The notes beneath the pieces were generated by a model. It ran no database searches. It had not been told where the DNA came from and saw only the letters and a program-made list of their open reading frames with translations. This document shows, piece by piece, positions 20,010 through 31,779 of a stretch of DNA of 64,000 nt. The first letter of the stretch is position 1; every line of letters starts with the position of its first letter. The DNA is taken from NCBI GenBank assembly GCA_013215375.1, contig JABSRB010000020.1, forward strand, positions 11,053 to 75,052, written 5' to 3'. Origin of the DNA: Oceanospirillaceae bacterium. Lineage in GTDB: Bacteria > Pseudomonadota > Gammaproteobacteria > Pseudomonadales > Balneatricaceae. The position numbers were made by a program, and so were the translations under genes.

Positions 20010-21293
20010 CTATTTAGCAGCCCCAACTAACACTAAACCTTTTAACAAGTTCAACGCTTCGTATAGCTGAAAATCAGACTCTATAAGCGTACTGCTTACT
20101 ATTGCATCCTCAGACTTCTCAGTACTTTCAAGATGACCGTCTAAGTCTTTCTCTTTGATAGTACTTAACCTTTTCTTGGTTTTAATCCTGACCTGCTCAA
20201 CCACTATGTCCGGGTCGATTCCTTTAGCCTGAATTGAACGCCCACTAGGAGTGTAGTATCTAGCGGTCGTCAGCTTAATAGCGCGCTCTTCACTTAACTG
20301 CAATACTGTTTGCACTGAGCCTTTACCAAAACTACTAGTGCCCATAATAATCGCGCGTTTTTTATCTTGCAGTGCGCCCGCGACAATCTCCGATGCCGAA
20401 GCCGAACCACCATTAATTAAAACGACGATAGGAATTTGTGCGACCGACATTTGCTCCGTTGCCTCAAAGGACATCCGCGAACTCGCTAAACGACCCTTAG
20501 TAGACACTATAACCCCTTCATTAACAAAGGCGTCTGTCACATCTACCGCTCCGCGCAACACCCCACCTGGATTGTTACGCAAATCTAACACTAAGCCCTT
20601 GAGCGGCTTATCAAGCTGCATTTCCACGAGAATTTTCTTTAAATCTGTCGCACTTTGATGCTGAAATTGACTGATACGCACATACCCTAATTGCGGCTCA
20701 AGAAAACGAGATCTAACACTGGTCACATTAATGAGCGCTCGCTTAAGTTTCAATTCAAAGGGCTCTGGTTGTTCATCACGCACAATCGTCAATACAATTT
20801 CAGAGCCGGGCTTGCCACGCATCAGACCAATTGCTTCTTCTACACCGATTGATTGAATAATTTTGCCATCTATCTTGATGATTAAATCACCAGGCTTGAT
20901 GCCTGCTTCACTTGCAGGAGTATCATCAATGGGAGTAATCACTCTGATAACCCCCTCCTCTTGGCTGATCTCAATACCCACACCACCAAATTGCCCAGAT
21001 GTTTGTATCTGCAGCTCCGAATACTCCTGCGGCGCTAAATAACTGGAGTGCGGATCCAAACCCTCCAACATCCCTCGCACCGCATCTTCAAGTAACTTGC
21101 CGTCTGATACCGGCTCCACATAGGATTTTTTAATGCGGTCAAACACTTCACTAAAACGCCTAATTTCTTCAAGGGGAAGATTTTTCGGCGTATTATTAGC
21201 CTCTGTCTCTTTCGTCGCATCAGCACTATGAGCGATCATTGGCGTCGCTATAAACACCACACCTGCCAATATGGATACCAACATCTTATGCAT
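20010..21293 (-). CDS. ctpA: Carboxy-terminal processing protease (S41 family, PDZ domain)
   Basis: Signal peptide; PDZ (GIKPGDLIIKIDG); S41 motifs (LDLRNNPGG, NGGSASASEI, GTSSFGKGSVQ). Confidence 0.9.
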   Translation of the reverse strand: MHKMLVSILAGVVFIATPMIAHSADATKETEANNTPKNLPLEEIRRFSEVFDRIKKSYVEPVSDGKLLEDAVRGMLEGLDPHSSYLAPQEYSELQIQTSGQFGGVGIEISQEEGVIRVITPIDDTPASEAGIKPGDLIIKIDGKIIQSIGVEEAIGLMRGKPGSEIVLTIVRDEQPEPFELKLKRALINVTSVRSRFLEPQLGYVRISQFQHQSATDLKKILVEMQLDKPLKGLVLDLRNNPGGVLRGAVDVTDAFVNEGVIVSTKGRLASSRMSFEATEQMSVAQIPIVVLINGGSASASEIVAGALQDKKRAIIMGTSSFGKGSVQTVLQLSEERAIKLTTARYYTPSGRSIQAKGIDPDIVVEQVRIKTKKRLSTIKEKDLDGHLESTEKSEDAIVSSTLIESDFQLYEALNLLKGLVLVGAAK

Positions 21294-21329
21294 ACTTTCT
21301 GTCCTTGTTATAAAATTCTGAGATCTTAA

Positions 21330-22517
21330 TTAACGAGACAACCACGCTCTTGGATTGGTTGTTTTACCATTGTGACGTATTGCAAAATATAGACCAGGCT
21401 GAGCATTTCCACCACTACTGCCTACCAGCGCAATCACTTCACCAGGGGACACTTTATCGCCCACCTTTTTATTGAGCTGATCATTGTGGCCGTACAAGGT
21501 TAAATACCCTGCACCATGATCCACAATCAATAACATCCCGTAGCTTCGCAACCAATCTGCAAACACTACGTGCCCGGTGTGCACCGCTTTGACAGGACTG
21601 CGCTGAGACGCTCTAATCAGTATTCCGTCATAGGCCAAACTATTTTCTATCGAGCCAAAGTTACGTAAAACACGGCCCTTAGCTGGCCACTTTAGCTTTC
21701 TCTTAAGCACCTTAAACGCTCTGTTATCAACCACAGAGGCTACTTTACGTTTCTCGGTATTTTGCACTATTACTTGTTCAATACGGGATAAGACCCTATC
21801 GAGTCTTTTTTTATCCCCTGCTAGCTTGTTAATTTTAGTTTTATTAGCAGCAATATTCCGATCAATTTGGTTAATATTTTTTTGACGCTTTACACGGGTC
21901 TTTTCAAGGGAGGTGCGTTTAGCTTGTAATGCTTTACGGTGTGTCGCTAGCTGTGCTTGAGTACTGTCGATACTTTCATCATTAACGGCACGTTTGGCCA
22001 GTAAATTTTGAAACTCTAGCACTTGCTTTGCTTCAAAATTACGCAAAATCGCCAAATATTTCAACATTCTAGCCGCTTGTTGGGGACTTTCTTGATTAAG
22101 CAGCAACTTGATCGGGGTATGTTCTGTGAGTAGATAGCGCTGCTTTAGCAATACTGACAAACGCTCTCTATGCCCCATCAGCTGCTGTTCAATTTGAGAT
22201 TTATCGGCCTGATAACTGTCTAAATTCTTATTTAGAGCAAGCTGTTGTCTTTCGATTTCGTTTATTTGTGAACCCAAAGCAGCGATATCTTTTTCATTTT
22301 TGTGCATCGCCCGCTCTTCATTAGAGCGTTTTGAGCGCTCAGCCTTAAGCTGAACCTGCAGCTTGCCAAGCACTTTTTTAAGCTGCTTAACATCTCGCTG
22401 TGCCTGCTTCAGAGAAGGCTGCGCACTGACATTCACCGCCGCTACCAATAGGGCAGCGGTCAGCATCAGTTGAGCGAACAAAGTATAAGTTTTAAATAAC
22501 TTACACTTTTTTAACAA
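21330..22517 (-). CDS. envC: Murein hydrolase activator EnvC (coiled coil + degenerate LytM/M23 domain)
   Basis: Long coiled-coil N-terminal half. C-terminal M23-type domain ([29 protein letters not shown]). Located in gpmI-envC-ctp synteny. Confidence 0.88.
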   Translation of the reverse strand: MLKKCKLFKTYTLFAQLMLTAALLVAAVNVSAQPSLKQAQRDVKQLKKVLGKLQVQLKAERSKRSNEERAMHKNEKDIAALGSQINEIERQQLALNKNLDSYQADKSQIEQQLMGHRERLSVLLKQRYLLTEHTPIKLLLNQESPQQAARMLKYLAILRNFEAKQVLEFQNLLAKRAVNDESIDSTQAQLATHRKALQAKRTSLEKTRVKRQKNINQIDRNIAANKTKINKLAGDKKRLDRVLSRIEQVIVQNTEKRKVASVVDNRAFKVLKRKLKWPAKGRVLRNFGSIENSLAYDGILIRASQRSPVKAVHTGHVVFADWLRSYGMLLIVDHGAGYLTLYGHNDQLNKKVGDKVSPGEVIALVGSSGGNAQPGLYFAIRHNGKTTNPRAWLSR

Positions 22518-24051
22518 GCGACACTCCTGTCATCTCGCTCGGCTTTTCCAGCCCCATAAGGTCAAGTATAGTAGGCGCTAAGTCACACAGCGCGCCGTCA
22601 TTTAACACTAAGCTAGCATTTTTCGGCCCATCATAAACCAGACCTACTGGAAAAATAGTGTGCGAGGTATGCGCCTGCCCTGTCTCGGGGTTTTGCATCA
22701 TTTCCACATTACCGTGATCGGCCGTAATCAGCGCTTCACCATTCACCTCGCGAAGAGCTTCTAGCACCTTCCCTACCGCCAGATCCACCGCTTCCACCGC
22801 TTTAACCGCCGCCGAAAACACACCGGTATGACCGACCATATCCGGGTTGGCATAGTTACAAATAATTAAATCAAATTCCTGTGAGCGAATCGCTGCGCAC
22901 AACTTCTCTGTCACTATAGGAGCATTCATTTCAGGCTGAAGATCATAGGTAGCCACATCGGGAGAGGGCACTAAGATGCGCGTTTCACCGGGATACTCCT
23001 CCTCTTGCCCACCGTTGAAGAAAAACGTCACGTGAGCATACTTTTCTGTTTCGGCAATGCGCAATTGGGTTTTACCTAAGCTCGATACGTACTCACCAAT
23101 ATCATTGCTGATAGGAGACGGCGGATAAGCGCAGCTGGCATCGATGCTCGCTGCATATTGCGTCATCATCACGTAATCGGCCAATTTTATATGGGTTTTA
23201 CGCGCAAAATTATCAAAATCAGGTTCAATAAAAGCACGGGTTATCTCTCTTGAACGATCCGGGCGAAAGTTATAACAAATTATCGAGTCACCATCTTGGA
23301 CACGACCATCTATCCCTTTAATGCAAGTCGCTGCAACAAACTCGTCGTTTTCATCACGGGCATAAGCCATTTCTAGGGCTTGCACACCCCCTTGTGCATT
23401 ATACTTGCCATCACCATTAGCCATCGCATTGTACGCCTGCTCGACACGATCCCAACGGTTGTCTCTATCCATTGCGAAGTAACGACCTACCACAGAGGCG
23501 ATCCCTGAACCTTCGAGACCTAGCTCATCAAAGACTGCCTGCGCTTTTTCAAGGGAGCTTTTTGCCGATCTAGGCGGCATGTCACGGCCATCTAACACGG
23601 CATGTAAAAATATTTTTTTAGCACCGCGCGCTGCGGCCATTTTAATGGCGGCAAAGCAATGTTCTTCATGAGAGTGAACCCCACCTGGAGACAATAGCCC
23701 GGTAAAATGAACGGCGCCCTCATTGACAATCGCTTTATCAATAGCATTGACTAACACTTCATTGGTCTGAAATGTTCCCTCTTCAATAGCCTTAGTAATC
23801 CGCGTTAGGTTTTGATAAACAATACGGCCAGCACCTATGTTCATATGGCCCACTTCAGAATTACCCATTTGCCCATCGGGCAAACCAACAGCGGTCCCCG
23901 ACGTTTTTACTAATGTATTGGGGTTATTTTTCATCAAAGCATCCCAAACGGGGGTATGAGCCGCGGTAATTGCAGATGATTCCGTAATCTCAACACCAAA
24001 TCCGTCAAGTATTATTAGCGCAGTTGTCACTTTTTTACCGGTCATATCCAA
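22501..24051 (-). CDS. gpmI: 2,3-bisphosphoglycerate-independent phosphoglycerate mutase
   Basis: 516 aa. Motifs: [28 protein letters not shown]. The start may be 2 codons downstream. Confidence 0.95.
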   Translation of the reverse strand: MDMTGKKVTTALIILDGFGVEITESSAITAAHTPVWDALMKNNPNTLVKTSGTAVGLPDGQMGNSEVGHMNIGAGRIVYQNLTRITKAIEEGTFQTNEVLVNAIDKAIVNEGAVHFTGLLSPGGVHSHEEHCFAAIKMAAARGAKKIFLHAVLDGRDMPPRSAKSSLEKAQAVFDELGLEGSGIASVVGRYFAMDRDNRWDRVEQAYNAMANGDGKYNAQGGVQALEMAYARDENDEFVAATCIKGIDGRVQDGDSIICYNFRPDRSREITRAFIEPDFDNFARKTHIKLADYVMMTQYAASIDASCAYPPSPISNDIGEYVSSLGKTQLRIAETEKYAHVTFFFNGGQEEEYPGETRILVPSPDVATYDLQPEMNAPIVTEKLCAAIRSQEFDLIICNYANPDMVGHTGVFSAAVKAVEAVDLAVGKVLEALREVNGEALITADHGNVEMMQNPETGQAHTSHTIFPVGLVYDGPKNASLVLNDGALCDLAPTILDLMGLEKPSEMTGVSLVKKV

Positions 24052-24341
24052 ACAATCCCCTTAAAAACTTCCAATGATGTCATCGCAGCCCTGCTGCTAT
24101 ACAAATAAGAAGCTAATCCTACCGAAAAAGCGCCTTTTCTAACAGCGATCTAAGCAGTTTACTTAGCTTTTATAGTCAGCTTAGATACAGATGAGATAAA
24201 CCAGCAGCTAATCGATACACATTTTCACAATTATCTAATATAGATTTAAATAATATGTGCTTTATCTCGCACTTATACTTATCAGCACCAAATCTGACCT
24301 GTATACTTGGCCGCTGTATTTTTTTTCAGACAAGGTAAAAA

Positions 24342-24755
24342 ATGGAACAATTAATTGAGTTTGTCACCAATAACTATTTATTAGTCCTCGCTTTTATACT
24401 AGCACTGGGCATGCTGCTTTTTAGCGAAAGCAAAAAGGCAGGTGCTTCAGTTACAACGACAGAAGCAGTCCAATTAATCAACAAACAAGACGCTGTGCTG
24501 CTCGACATTCGCACCAAGAAAGAATGGGAAAATGGATTTATCACCAACTCCATCCACATCCCTCTGGTCGATCTAGACAAGCGCATTGGCGAGCTTGAAA
24601 AACACAAAAGCAAAGATGTTATTGTCGTTTGCAACATGGGCCAAACTGCCGGTAGCGCATCGAAAAAACTCATGGCTGCGGGTTTTGAGAAAGTTGTACG
24701 CCTTAAAGGCGGCATTGTAGAGTGGAAAGCCCAAAGCCTACCGTTGATAAAATAG
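24342..24755 (+). CDS. yibN: Rhodanese-domain membrane-anchored protein (YibN-like)
   Basis: N-terminal TM helix followed by a rhodanese fold (VVCNMGQTAG active-site loop). Located in yibN-grxC-secB synteny. Confidence 0.85.
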   Translation: MEQLIEFVTNNYLLVLAFILALGMLLFSESKKAGASVTTTEAVQLINKQDAVLLDIRTKKEWENGFITNSIHIPLVDLDKRIGELEKHKSKDVIVVCNMGQTAGSASKKLMAAGFEKVVRLKGGIVEWKAQSLPLIK

Positions 24756-24757
24756 TA

Positions 24758-25012
24758 ATGGCGCGTGTCGAGATATACACCACCGAATTTTGCCCTTACT
24801 GCACTCAGGCAAAAATGCTATTGCGCAACAAGCGTCAAGCATTTAAAGAGTTTCAAATCGATAAAACTAAAGGTTTGAGAAAAAGCATGATGGACCGCAG
24901 CGGCGGCCACACTGTGCCTCAAATTTTTATAAATGATCAACATATAGGCGGCTGCGACGAGTTATTTGCCCTAGAGCGCAAAGGCCAATTAGATCCACTT
25001 CTTTCAACATAA
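24758..25012 (+). CDS. grxC: Glutaredoxin 3
   Basis: Start set at the ATG at 24758 (MARVEIYTTEFCPYC), just after the yibN stop. CPYC active site; TVPQIFI..HIGGCD. Confidence 0.92.
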   Translation: MARVEIYTTEFCPYCTQAKMLLRNKRQAFKEFQIDKTKGLRKSMMDRSGGHTVPQIFINDQHIGGCDELFALERKGQLDPLLST

Positions 25013-25029
25013 TTTATTAGGAATTCACC

Positions 25030-25509
25030 ATGGCTGAAGAACAGACACCACAATTTAGCATCCAGCGCATTTACCTTAAAGACATGTCTTTAGAGGCGCC
25101 AAATAGCCCACAAGCTTTTACTCAAGAGTGGAAGCCTGAAATCAACCTTGAAATGAACACTCAATCTCAAGAGCTTGGCGAAGATGTTTTTGAAGTTGTA
25201 TTAACATTGACCGTTACTGCTAAGAACGAAACTGACACTGCCTTCTTAATTGAAGTGCAACAGGCAGGTATTTTTGTGATTTCAGGAATGGAAGCGGCTG
25301 AAGCACACCATGCATTAGGTGCTTTTTGCCCTAACATCCTATTTCCATATGCTAGAGAAACCATTGACAGCCTAGTAGTTAAAGCGAGCTTCCCTGCACT
25401 GATGTTAGCTCCCGTCAACTTTGACGCGCTTTACGCACAACAGCTTGAGAAGCTACAAAAGGAAGCTGCTAGCGCAGAGACTCCTGCTAGTGAAGAAACT
25501 CAACACTAA
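25030..25509 (+). CDS. secB: Protein-export chaperone SecB
   Basis: 159 aa. [17 protein letters not shown] and [11 protein letters not shown] match SecB. Acidic C-terminus. Confidence 0.95.
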   Translation: MAEEQTPQFSIQRIYLKDMSLEAPNSPQAFTQEWKPEINLEMNTQSQELGEDVFEVVLTLTVTAKNETDTAFLIEVQQAGIFVISGMEAAEAHHALGAFCPNILFPYARETIDSLVVKASFPALMLAPVNFDALYAQQLEKLQKEAASAETPASEETQH

Positions 25510-25538
25510 GATTTATCTTTGTAATAAGATAAAAAAAA

Positions 25539-25562
25539 GCAGAGCCTAGGCTCTGCTTTTTT
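25539..25562 (+). terminator. Rho-independent terminator after secB
   Basis: GCAGAGCC-ta-GGCTCTGC followed by T6. An A-run upstream makes it potentially bidirectional. Confidence 0.8.
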
Positions 25563-25639
25563 ATGGGTATAACACAGGCATGTCGGTTTTTTCCGACAAC
25601 CTCAAGCACTCACACCCTTAGGCGCAACACCAAAGAGCA

Positions 25640-26524
25640 CTACTGTTCATTTGTTTGCTGATGATCCAGCAACACCGCTATCTCTTTAGACTTAGTTTTA
25701 ACTTTAATCCAGCGCACTAAATCTACCCACATCGCCGATATTTCTTTTTTCTTGGGCATAATACCTGCGTGCCGGAGTTCAATAGTCATCACTGGTATAT
25801 TTTTTATATGGTAACCATAATTACCCAATGACCCAGGATATGTGCCTAATTGACGTAATTTAAGCGGCCCTAAACGCTGCGGCGGCCTTACCTTGCCATC
25901 AAAATCCAATATACCGTGCGGAGCATGCACTGAAACAATCACTGTCGGCTGTAGCTCTTCAATTAACTGGTGTATCGCATTTGATTCAGGCTCACTCAAA
26001 GGCTTTTTACCAGGAAAATACCTCGCCCTCTGCTTGGTTTTGACATTCCAGTGATCGATAGCTGCTATGTGGTTATTAGCCGTTTTAAAGTTACGGTTTA
26101 AATCAATAGCGCGAGCATTGACCCGTGTCGACTTCTTCTTAAGCAATCCATCGGGATTTACTAGCGGTAAGAAATGCCAATCATAAGCACCACTGTGATA
26201 CTTGTTAAGTGTTTTAAGCCACTTAAAAGTAACGCTGACACTTGAATACTCATCGCCATGAATGCCGCCAATAAAAAGAATTTTAGGCGCATACTTACGG
26301 TTTTTTCCCGCTGAGTAATGCTTCTCCAATAATGGCAAACCATTCACCGAATAAAAACGCGGCGTATTGAATTTTAGCGCTCGGCATTCTTTCACTGAAA
26401 CACTGGATAATTTAGCGCCAATTTTTTTGCACAACTGATCAACACTAAGCTCTTTTGCAACGGTCTCTGCAGTGACTGACATCAACAACACCAACAATGC
26501 GCTCTTCAAATTATGTCTATTCAT
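25640..26524 (-). CDS. M14-family zinc carboxypeptidase/amidase (MpaA-like), secreted
   Basis: Signal peptide. Motifs: GGIHGDEYSS (HxxE zinc site), LVNPDG, DLNRNF, SEPES, SVHAPHG. Confidence 0.7.
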   Translation of the reverse strand: MNRHNLKSALLVLLMSVTAETVAKELSVDQLCKKIGAKLSSVSVKECRALKFNTPRFYSVNGLPLLEKHYSAGKNRKYAPKILFIGGIHGDEYSSVSVTFKWLKTLNKYHSGAYDWHFLPLVNPDGLLKKKSTRVNARAIDLNRNFKTANNHIAAIDHWNVKTKQRARYFPGKKPLSEPESNAIHQLIEELQPTVIVSVHAPHGILDFDGKVRPPQRLGPLKLRQLGTYPGSLGNYGYHIKNIPVMTIELRHAGIMPKKKEISAMWVDLVRWIKVKTKSKEIAVLLDHQQTNEQ

Positions 26525-26732
26525 GGAATCAATATTTCTATTATCAATGTACGCCTAAATTTACTGCACAATTTAGGATGGAAGAAGACCGATAGTTTAC
26601 AGCCTAGTAAAAATATTCATACTATCGGTAATTTAGAACACCGCAAAGAGCGCTCTTACTCACGCCACCCCGGAACAAGATGGTAACAAGCTAGCAGGAT
26701 GACCACACTAGACATCTATCCCTGAATGAGCA

Positions 26733-27197
26733 TTAACTTGCGCCGCCAAACCCTAACTGCCGCCAAGCTTCATAGACAGTAATGGCACAGGCATTAGACA
26801 AGTTTAAACTACGAGAACTAGCTACCATCGGCAATTTCAGCCATTGCTGTTGCGGTATTGCCGCACGCACATCTTCAGGCAACCCTCTAGTCTCCGGCCC
26901 AAACAACAATATATCCCCGGCGCTAAAAGAAGCATCTGTATGCAACCCACTCGCTTTAGTGGTCATCGCCCATACTTTTGCATCGGGCAACGCCTGCAAA
27001 CAAGCATCCAAGTTTTTATGTATCTGCAGATCGGCAAATTCGGCGTAATCAAGACCCGCCCTACGCATACGCTTATCATCCAACTCAAACCCTAACGGCT
27101 CAATCAAATGCAAAGTAAAGCCGGTATTCGCGCACAATCGAATGATATTGCCGGTATTAGGGGGAATTTCTGGCTCAAAAAGTACCACATTTAACAT
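26733..27197 (-). CDS. trmL: tRNA (cytidine/uridine-2'-O)-methyltransferase TrmL (SpoU/TrmH knot family)
   Basis: 154 aa. [26 protein letters not shown] and SLNLSNA, as in E. coli TrmL (YibK). Confidence 0.9.
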   Translation of the reverse strand: MLNVVLFEPEIPPNTGNIIRLCANTGFTLHLIEPLGFELDDKRMRRAGLDYAEFADLQIHKNLDACLQALPDAKVWAMTTKASGLHTDASFSAGDILLFGPETRGLPEDVRAAIPQQQWLKLPMVASSRSLNLSNACAITVYEAWRQLGFGGAS

Positions 27198-27307
27198 ATA
27201 AAGCTCCTAAAAATTGCCGGCAGTATAACAAGTCTTAGAGCACCAATCACAACCCTTCAAAATTTTATCAGCAGCTAGTGGAGATTATTGACTATATGAC
27301 ATTCATC

Positions 27308-27337
27308 TAGCCGTTTTTAAACCAATAAAAACGGCTA
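27308..27337 (-). terminator. Stem-loop just downstream of ntrC
   Basis: TAGCCGTTTTT-8 nt-AAAAACGGCTA, an 11-bp perfect stem that ends 9 nt from the ntrC stop. There is no external U-run, so terminator function is inferred. Confidence 0.45.
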
Positions 27338-27345
27338 ATCGGACA

Positions 27346-28755
27346 CTATATATCTAATTCTTTTAACTTGCGTGTTAAGGTATTTCTACCCCATCCTAAC
27401 AGCTTAGCAGCCTCCTGCTTGCGCCCTTTACTATGGGCGAGCGCTGCATTTATCATCACCGTCTCAAAGCTTGGCAGTGCGGTATCTAACACACTAGTGT
27501 GGCCTGCATTTAATTGCTCATCCGCCCACTGACCTAACAACTGCTCCCAGCTCATCACCTGAGAAGAGACTGAACTTTGCTCACCTTGCTCCTGCTTAAG
27601 CTCTGGGGGCATGTCTTGTAATAGTATTTCTCGACCTGCGCACATCACTGTCAGCCAACGACAAGTATTTTCTAATTGACGAACATTTCCAGGCCAGGTC
27701 AAGGCTTGGAAAAAACGCTGCGCATCGTTTGACAGTATTTTGACCTCAACTTCTAGCTCAACTGCCGCGCGCTGCAGAAAATGATTAGCCAACATGACTA
27801 TATCTTCACGTCGCGCACTTAAATTAGGCAAGTGGATACGAATGACATTCAAACGATGAAATAAATCTTCTCTAAACTTACCTGTTGCAACCAACGCCTC
27901 TAGGTTTTGATGAGTAGCGGTGATGATACGCACATCTACTTTAACCGAGGTATGACCACCGACACGGTAAAACTCCCCATCGGCCAACACCCTAAGCAGT
28001 CGCGTTTGCGCCTCGGCTGGCATATCGCCTATCTCATCTAGGAACAAGGTGCCGCCGTCGGCCTGCTCAAAACGTCCTCGCCTGGCACTGTTTGCACCAG
28101 TGAACGCTCCTTTTTCATGGCCAAATAACTCAGACTCTATCAAGTCTTTCGGGATGGCCGCCATATTAAGGGGGATAAATTCACTTTTATTTCGCGGGCT
28201 GTGCTGATGCAATGCCTGAGCAACCAGCTCTTTACCGGTACCAGAGTCGCCATTAATCAGCACGGTAATATTAGATTTAGCCAGACGCCCTATCGCTCTA
28301 AAAACCTCCTGCATTGCCGGAGATTCGCCAATAATTTCAGTACTTTTACGCTCGGGCTCCACCGGTTGATCATCACGAAGCTCATTGGCAAACGCCAGCG
28401 CTCTATCAACAATCGCCACGGCATCATCTATATCAAAAGGCTTTGGTAAATACTCAAACGCGCCGCCCTGATAGGAAGCCACTGCACTGTCTAAATCAGA
28501 GTGCGCGGTCATAATAACCACGGGTATTCCTGGATAGCGCTCTTTTAAATACTCCAGCATTTGCAAGCCATCAGTACCGGGCATGCGAATATCACTGACG
28601 ATAGCATCCGGTTGCTGTTTTTTGAGCTGCTCTATCATTAAATCCGCACTCTCGAAGGAGCGAGTGCTTAAATTTACACTGGTTAGCGATTTTTCTAATA
28701 CCCAACGTATTGAGGTATCATCATCAACTATCCATACCGTTGATTCTTTTGTCAT
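27346..28755 (-). CDS. glnG: Nitrogen regulation protein NR(I), sigma54-dependent response regulator
   Basis: REC domain; AAA+ domain (GDSGTGKE, GAFTGA, ESELFGHEKGAFTGA); C-terminal Fis-type HTH. Start set at 28755 (MTKESTVWIVDDD), with GGAGAG 4 nt upstream. Confidence 0.93.
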   Translation of the reverse strand: MTKESTVWIVDDDTSIRWVLEKSLTSVNLSTRSFESADLMIEQLKKQQPDAIVSDIRMPGTDGLQMLEYLKERYPGIPVVIMTAHSDLDSAVASYQGGAFEYLPKPFDIDDAVAIVDRALAFANELRDDQPVEPERKSTEIIGESPAMQEVFRAIGRLAKSNITVLINGDSGTGKELVAQALHQHSPRNKSEFIPLNMAAIPKDLIESELFGHEKGAFTGANSARRGRFEQADGGTLFLDEIGDMPAEAQTRLLRVLADGEFYRVGGHTSVKVDVRIITATHQNLEALVATGKFREDLFHRLNVIRIHLPNLSARREDIVMLANHFLQRAAVELEVEVKILSNDAQRFFQALTWPGNVRQLENTCRWLTVMCAGREILLQDMPPELKQEQGEQSSVSSQVMSWEQLLGQWADEQLNAGHTSVLDTALPSFETVMINAALAHSKGRKQEAAKLLGWGRNTLTRKLKELDI

Positions 28756-28809
28756 GAAACTCTCCATTTATCGCTTTGTGTCAAACTGTTATATAAACCT
28801 GGAGGCTGC

Positions 28810-29883
28810 CTAATCGCCAATTAAGGATAGCGGAAGCCAAAGTGAAAATACGGTATTGCCCGGCTCGCTTTGACATTCGATTAATCCTGCGTGTTGACTC
28901 ACTATAAACTGTGAAATAGATAACCCTAAGCCACTGCCATCTGCTCTACCGCTAATCATCGGAAAAAACATACTGTTTTTAATCGCATCATCAATACCAA
29001 CACCGTTATCTATTATTTCGATAACACAAACTAATTTATGCTTAGACGAACCCATGGTGACTTGTCGCTTAGTACGAGTACGAATGGTTATTTTGGGGTT
29101 ATTGATCGGCTGCTCAGTCAAAGACTGCACTGCATTGCGCAACAAATTCAATACCGCCTGAATAAGCTGCCCGCTATCGGCACTAATATCGGGAATACTG
29201 GGATCATAATCCCTGATTAATTCTATACTCCCTGCTATCTCAGCCACTACTAAGGTATGAACATGCTCCAACACACTGTGCACATTTATCGGCAACAACT
29301 CAGGTAGCGACCTAGGCCCTAGCAATTTATCAACCAAATCACGCAACCGGTCAGCTTCATTAATAATGACCTGGGTATACTCTTGCAGCGACTCTTCTGG
29401 CAGCTGCCTTTCAAGTAACTGCGCCGCGCCTCGAATACCCCCTAGCGGATTTTTTATCTCGTGCGCCATGCCTCTCACCAAGTTTCTAGTAGTGACATGA
29501 CGCTCAAATAATTCTTCTTCTTTTTCTATTCTAAGTAATCTATCGCGACCTTGAATCTCCAGCAATAGCCCAACCGAGCTCTCCAGATCTATCGGTGAAA
29601 CACTGTAATCTATTATTAACTCTTGCCCTTTAATCGTGGTAACCGATGCTTCGCGAATAGTATAAGGATGGTTTTCAAACAGAGCATTTTTAAGCAACTC
29701 AAGCTCTTTTTCACACAGAATCAACCATTGATAGATAGGCTTAGGCGCCAACCTCTTTGAGCTCACTCCGATCAGAATTTCTGCAGAGCTATTCATATAA
29801 ACAGCGCGCAAATCGCTATCTAATAAAATAACACCTGTGGTGAGGTTACTTATGATTGCAGTGAATTTTCCGATTTCTGACAT
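28810..29883 (-). CDS. glnL: Nitrogen regulation sensor histidine kinase NR(II)
   Basis: PAS domain; H-box (GMAHEIKNPLGGIRGAAQLL); N, G1 and G2 boxes. Start set at the ATG at 29883 (MSEIGKF...). Confidence 0.9.
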   Translation of the reverse strand: MSEIGKFTAIISNLTTGVILLDSDLRAVYMNSSAEILIGVSSKRLAPKPIYQWLILCEKELELLKNALFENHPYTIREASVTTIKGQELIIDYSVSPIDLESSVGLLLEIQGRDRLLRIEKEEELFERHVTTRNLVRGMAHEIKNPLGGIRGAAQLLERQLPEESLQEYTQVIINEADRLRDLVDKLLGPRSLPELLPINVHSVLEHVHTLVVAEIAGSIELIRDYDPSIPDISADSGQLIQAVLNLLRNAVQSLTEQPINNPKITIRTRTKRQVTMGSSKHKLVCVIEIIDNGVGIDDAIKNSMFFPMISGRADGSGLGLSISQFIVSQHAGLIECQSEPGNTVFSLWLPLSLIGD

Positions 29884-30102
29884 AATTACCTTAAATAAAA
29901 TAATGCGCGATATAAGCACCACCAAAATTTACGTGCAGCAAATACCACTTTCTCACTCATTACCTAATCAATTTAATACAACAAGTGGCAACTGGAACTA
30001 ATGATAACACCTAAGGCATCGACAAATAACAGCAACGCTCTATTTTGGTGCGCTTGAAATCAAGCCATTTACGCTACTATTTGAGCCTTCTACATGATTT
30101 TT

Positions 30103-30130
30103 TACAAAAAAAAAGCCCCCAAGAGGAAGC
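30103..30130 (-). terminator. Rho-independent terminator after glnA
   Basis: The minus strand reads GCUUCC-UCUU-GGGGGC (includes G-U pairs) followed by a U9 run. A second hairpin lies at 30146-30169 (TTGCTG..CAGCAA). Confidence 0.6.
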
Positions 30131-30183
30131 TTAAAAATGTTGAAATTGCTGCAAAAAATATCACAGCAACTTCTACAATGAAA

Positions 30184-31587
30184 TTATACTGAGTAGTACA
30201 ATTCAAACTCTAACGGGTGAGTTGTCATGTTGATGACATCAACTTCCGCTTGCTTAAGCTCGATGTACGCATCTAACATATCGTCAGAGAACACGCCGCC
30301 TTTGGTCAAGAATTCACGATCCGACTTAAGCGCTTCAAGAGCTTCTTGCAGTGATGCAGCTACGACAGGGATATCAGCCGCTTCTTCAGCAGGAAGATCG
30401 TAAAGATCTTTATCAGCAGGCTCGCCCGGATGAATCTTGTTCTGAATACCATCAAGACCAGCCATCATTAGCGCTGTGAAACACAAGTATGGGTTAGCCG
30501 CTGGATCAGGGAAACGCGCTTCGATGCGACGAGCTTTAGGGGTTGTTACGTAAGGAATACGGATAGATGCAGAACGGTTACGCGCAGAGTAAGCAAGCAT
30601 AACAGGGGCTTCAAAACCAGCCACTAAACGCTTATAAGAGTTAGTTGATGGGTTACATAGTGCATTAAGCGCTTTAGCGTGCTTGATGATACCACCGATG
30701 TAGAAAAGAGCTGTTTCGCTCATGCCAGCGTACGCGTCACCTGCAAAGATGTTAACGCCATCTTTAGAAAGCGACTGATGCACGTGCATACCAGAACCGT
30801 TATCACCAACAATTGGCTTAGGCATGAAAGTAGCCGTCTTGCCAAAAGCGTGTGCAACATTGTGTACACAGTACTTAAGTATTTGTACTTCATCTGCTTT
30901 GTTGACTAAAGTATTAGCGCCAACACCAATTTCACACTGACCAGCAGTAGCTACTTCGTGGTGATGAACTTCAATTTTAAGACCCATAGCTTCCATTGCA
31001 TTACACATTTGTCCACGCACTTCGTGTAGTGAATCAACAGGAGCAACAGGGAAGTAACCACCTTTAACAAAAGGACGGTGACCAGAGTTGCCATTTGCTA
31101 AATTGCTGTTTGAAGACCATGCAGCTTCTTCAGAGGTAATCTTGTAACCTGAACCACTCATTTCATTGTGAAAATGCACTTCATCAAAGACGAAGAATTC
31201 AGGCTCAGGACCAAACATTGCAGAGTCTGCGATACCCGTAGATTTCAAGTACTCTTCTGCGCGACGTGCTACAGAGCGAGGATCACGGTCGTATCCTTTA
31301 CCGGTTGCTGGCTCTACTACATCACAGCGAACAATCAGCGTAGACTCTTCAGTGAACGGGTCCATAACCGATGCTGAGTCATCTGGCTTTAGGATCATGT
31401 CTGAATCTTGAATGCCCTTCCAGCCCGCAATAGACGATCCATCAAACATTTTGCCTTCTTCAAAAAACTCATCACCCATGTCCGAAACAGGTACAGTAAC
31501 GTGCTGCTCTTTTCCCTTAAAATCTGTAAATCGTAAATCAATCCATTTTACATCATGTTCTTCAATCAAATTCATTGTCTTAGACAT
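30184..31587 (-). CDS. glnA: Glutamine synthetase type I
   Basis: 467 aa. Motifs: [29 protein letters not shown], and the adenylylation-site region NPYL. Confidence 0.96.
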   Translation of the reverse strand: MSKTMNLIEEHDVKWIDLRFTDFKGKEQHVTVPVSDMGDEFFEEGKMFDGSSIAGWKGIQDSDMILKPDDSASVMDPFTEESTLIVRCDVVEPATGKGYDRDPRSVARRAEEYLKSTGIADSAMFGPEPEFFVFDEVHFHNEMSGSGYKITSEEAAWSSNSNLANGNSGHRPFVKGGYFPVAPVDSLHEVRGQMCNAMEAMGLKIEVHHHEVATAGQCEIGVGANTLVNKADEVQILKYCVHNVAHAFGKTATFMPKPIVGDNGSGMHVHQSLSKDGVNIFAGDAYAGMSETALFYIGGIIKHAKALNALCNPSTNSYKRLVAGFEAPVMLAYSARNRSASIRIPYVTTPKARRIEARFPDPAANPYLCFTALMMAGLDGIQNKIHPGEPADKDLYDLPAEEAADIPVVAASLQEALEALKSDREFLTKGGVFSDDMLDAYIELKQAEVDVINMTTHPLEFELYYSV

Positions 31588-31665
31588 TACTGGTCTCCAT
31601 TGGACATTATTTACTAGGGTAAAATACCGTCATTAATAAATATTATTAAACTTGATGCTAATAAA

Positions 31666-31680
31666 GCAATTGGTGTGCCA
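31666..31680 (-). promoter_or_regulatory. Sigma54 (-24/-12) promoter glnAp2
   Basis: The minus strand reads TGGCAC-ACCAA-TTGC, an exact match to TGGCAC-N5-TTGC, ~80 nt upstream of the glnA ATG. Confidence 0.85.
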
Positions 31681-31688
31681 AAGTTTCA

Positions 31689-31779
31689 AAGCACCTTTAC
31701 TGCGCCACCGCACCAAGCACCTCTCGCATTACGCACCAAATAAGCGCATCCCGAAGCCTTATTGCACCACTTTTAAACA
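31689..31779 (-). promoter_or_regulatory. Cluster of NtrC (NR-I) enhancer half-sites
   Basis: Five GCACC(A) half-sites lie within ~90 bp. The best 17-mers are CGCACCAAATAAGCGCA (31732-31748) and TGCACCACTTTTAAACA (31763-31779), compared with TGCACCAnnnTGGTGCA. They sit 50-115 bp upstream of the sigma54 promoter. Confidence 0.6.

Noticed and set aside
26559-26657. Several short hairpins and palindromes between the M14 peptidase gene and trmL (CCTAAATT..AATTTAGG, ACCGATAGT..ACTATCGGT, AAGAGCGCTCTT).
   Set aside because: None has a U-run or matches a motif I know. They are probably generic promoter or terminator-region structure and are too weak to annotate.
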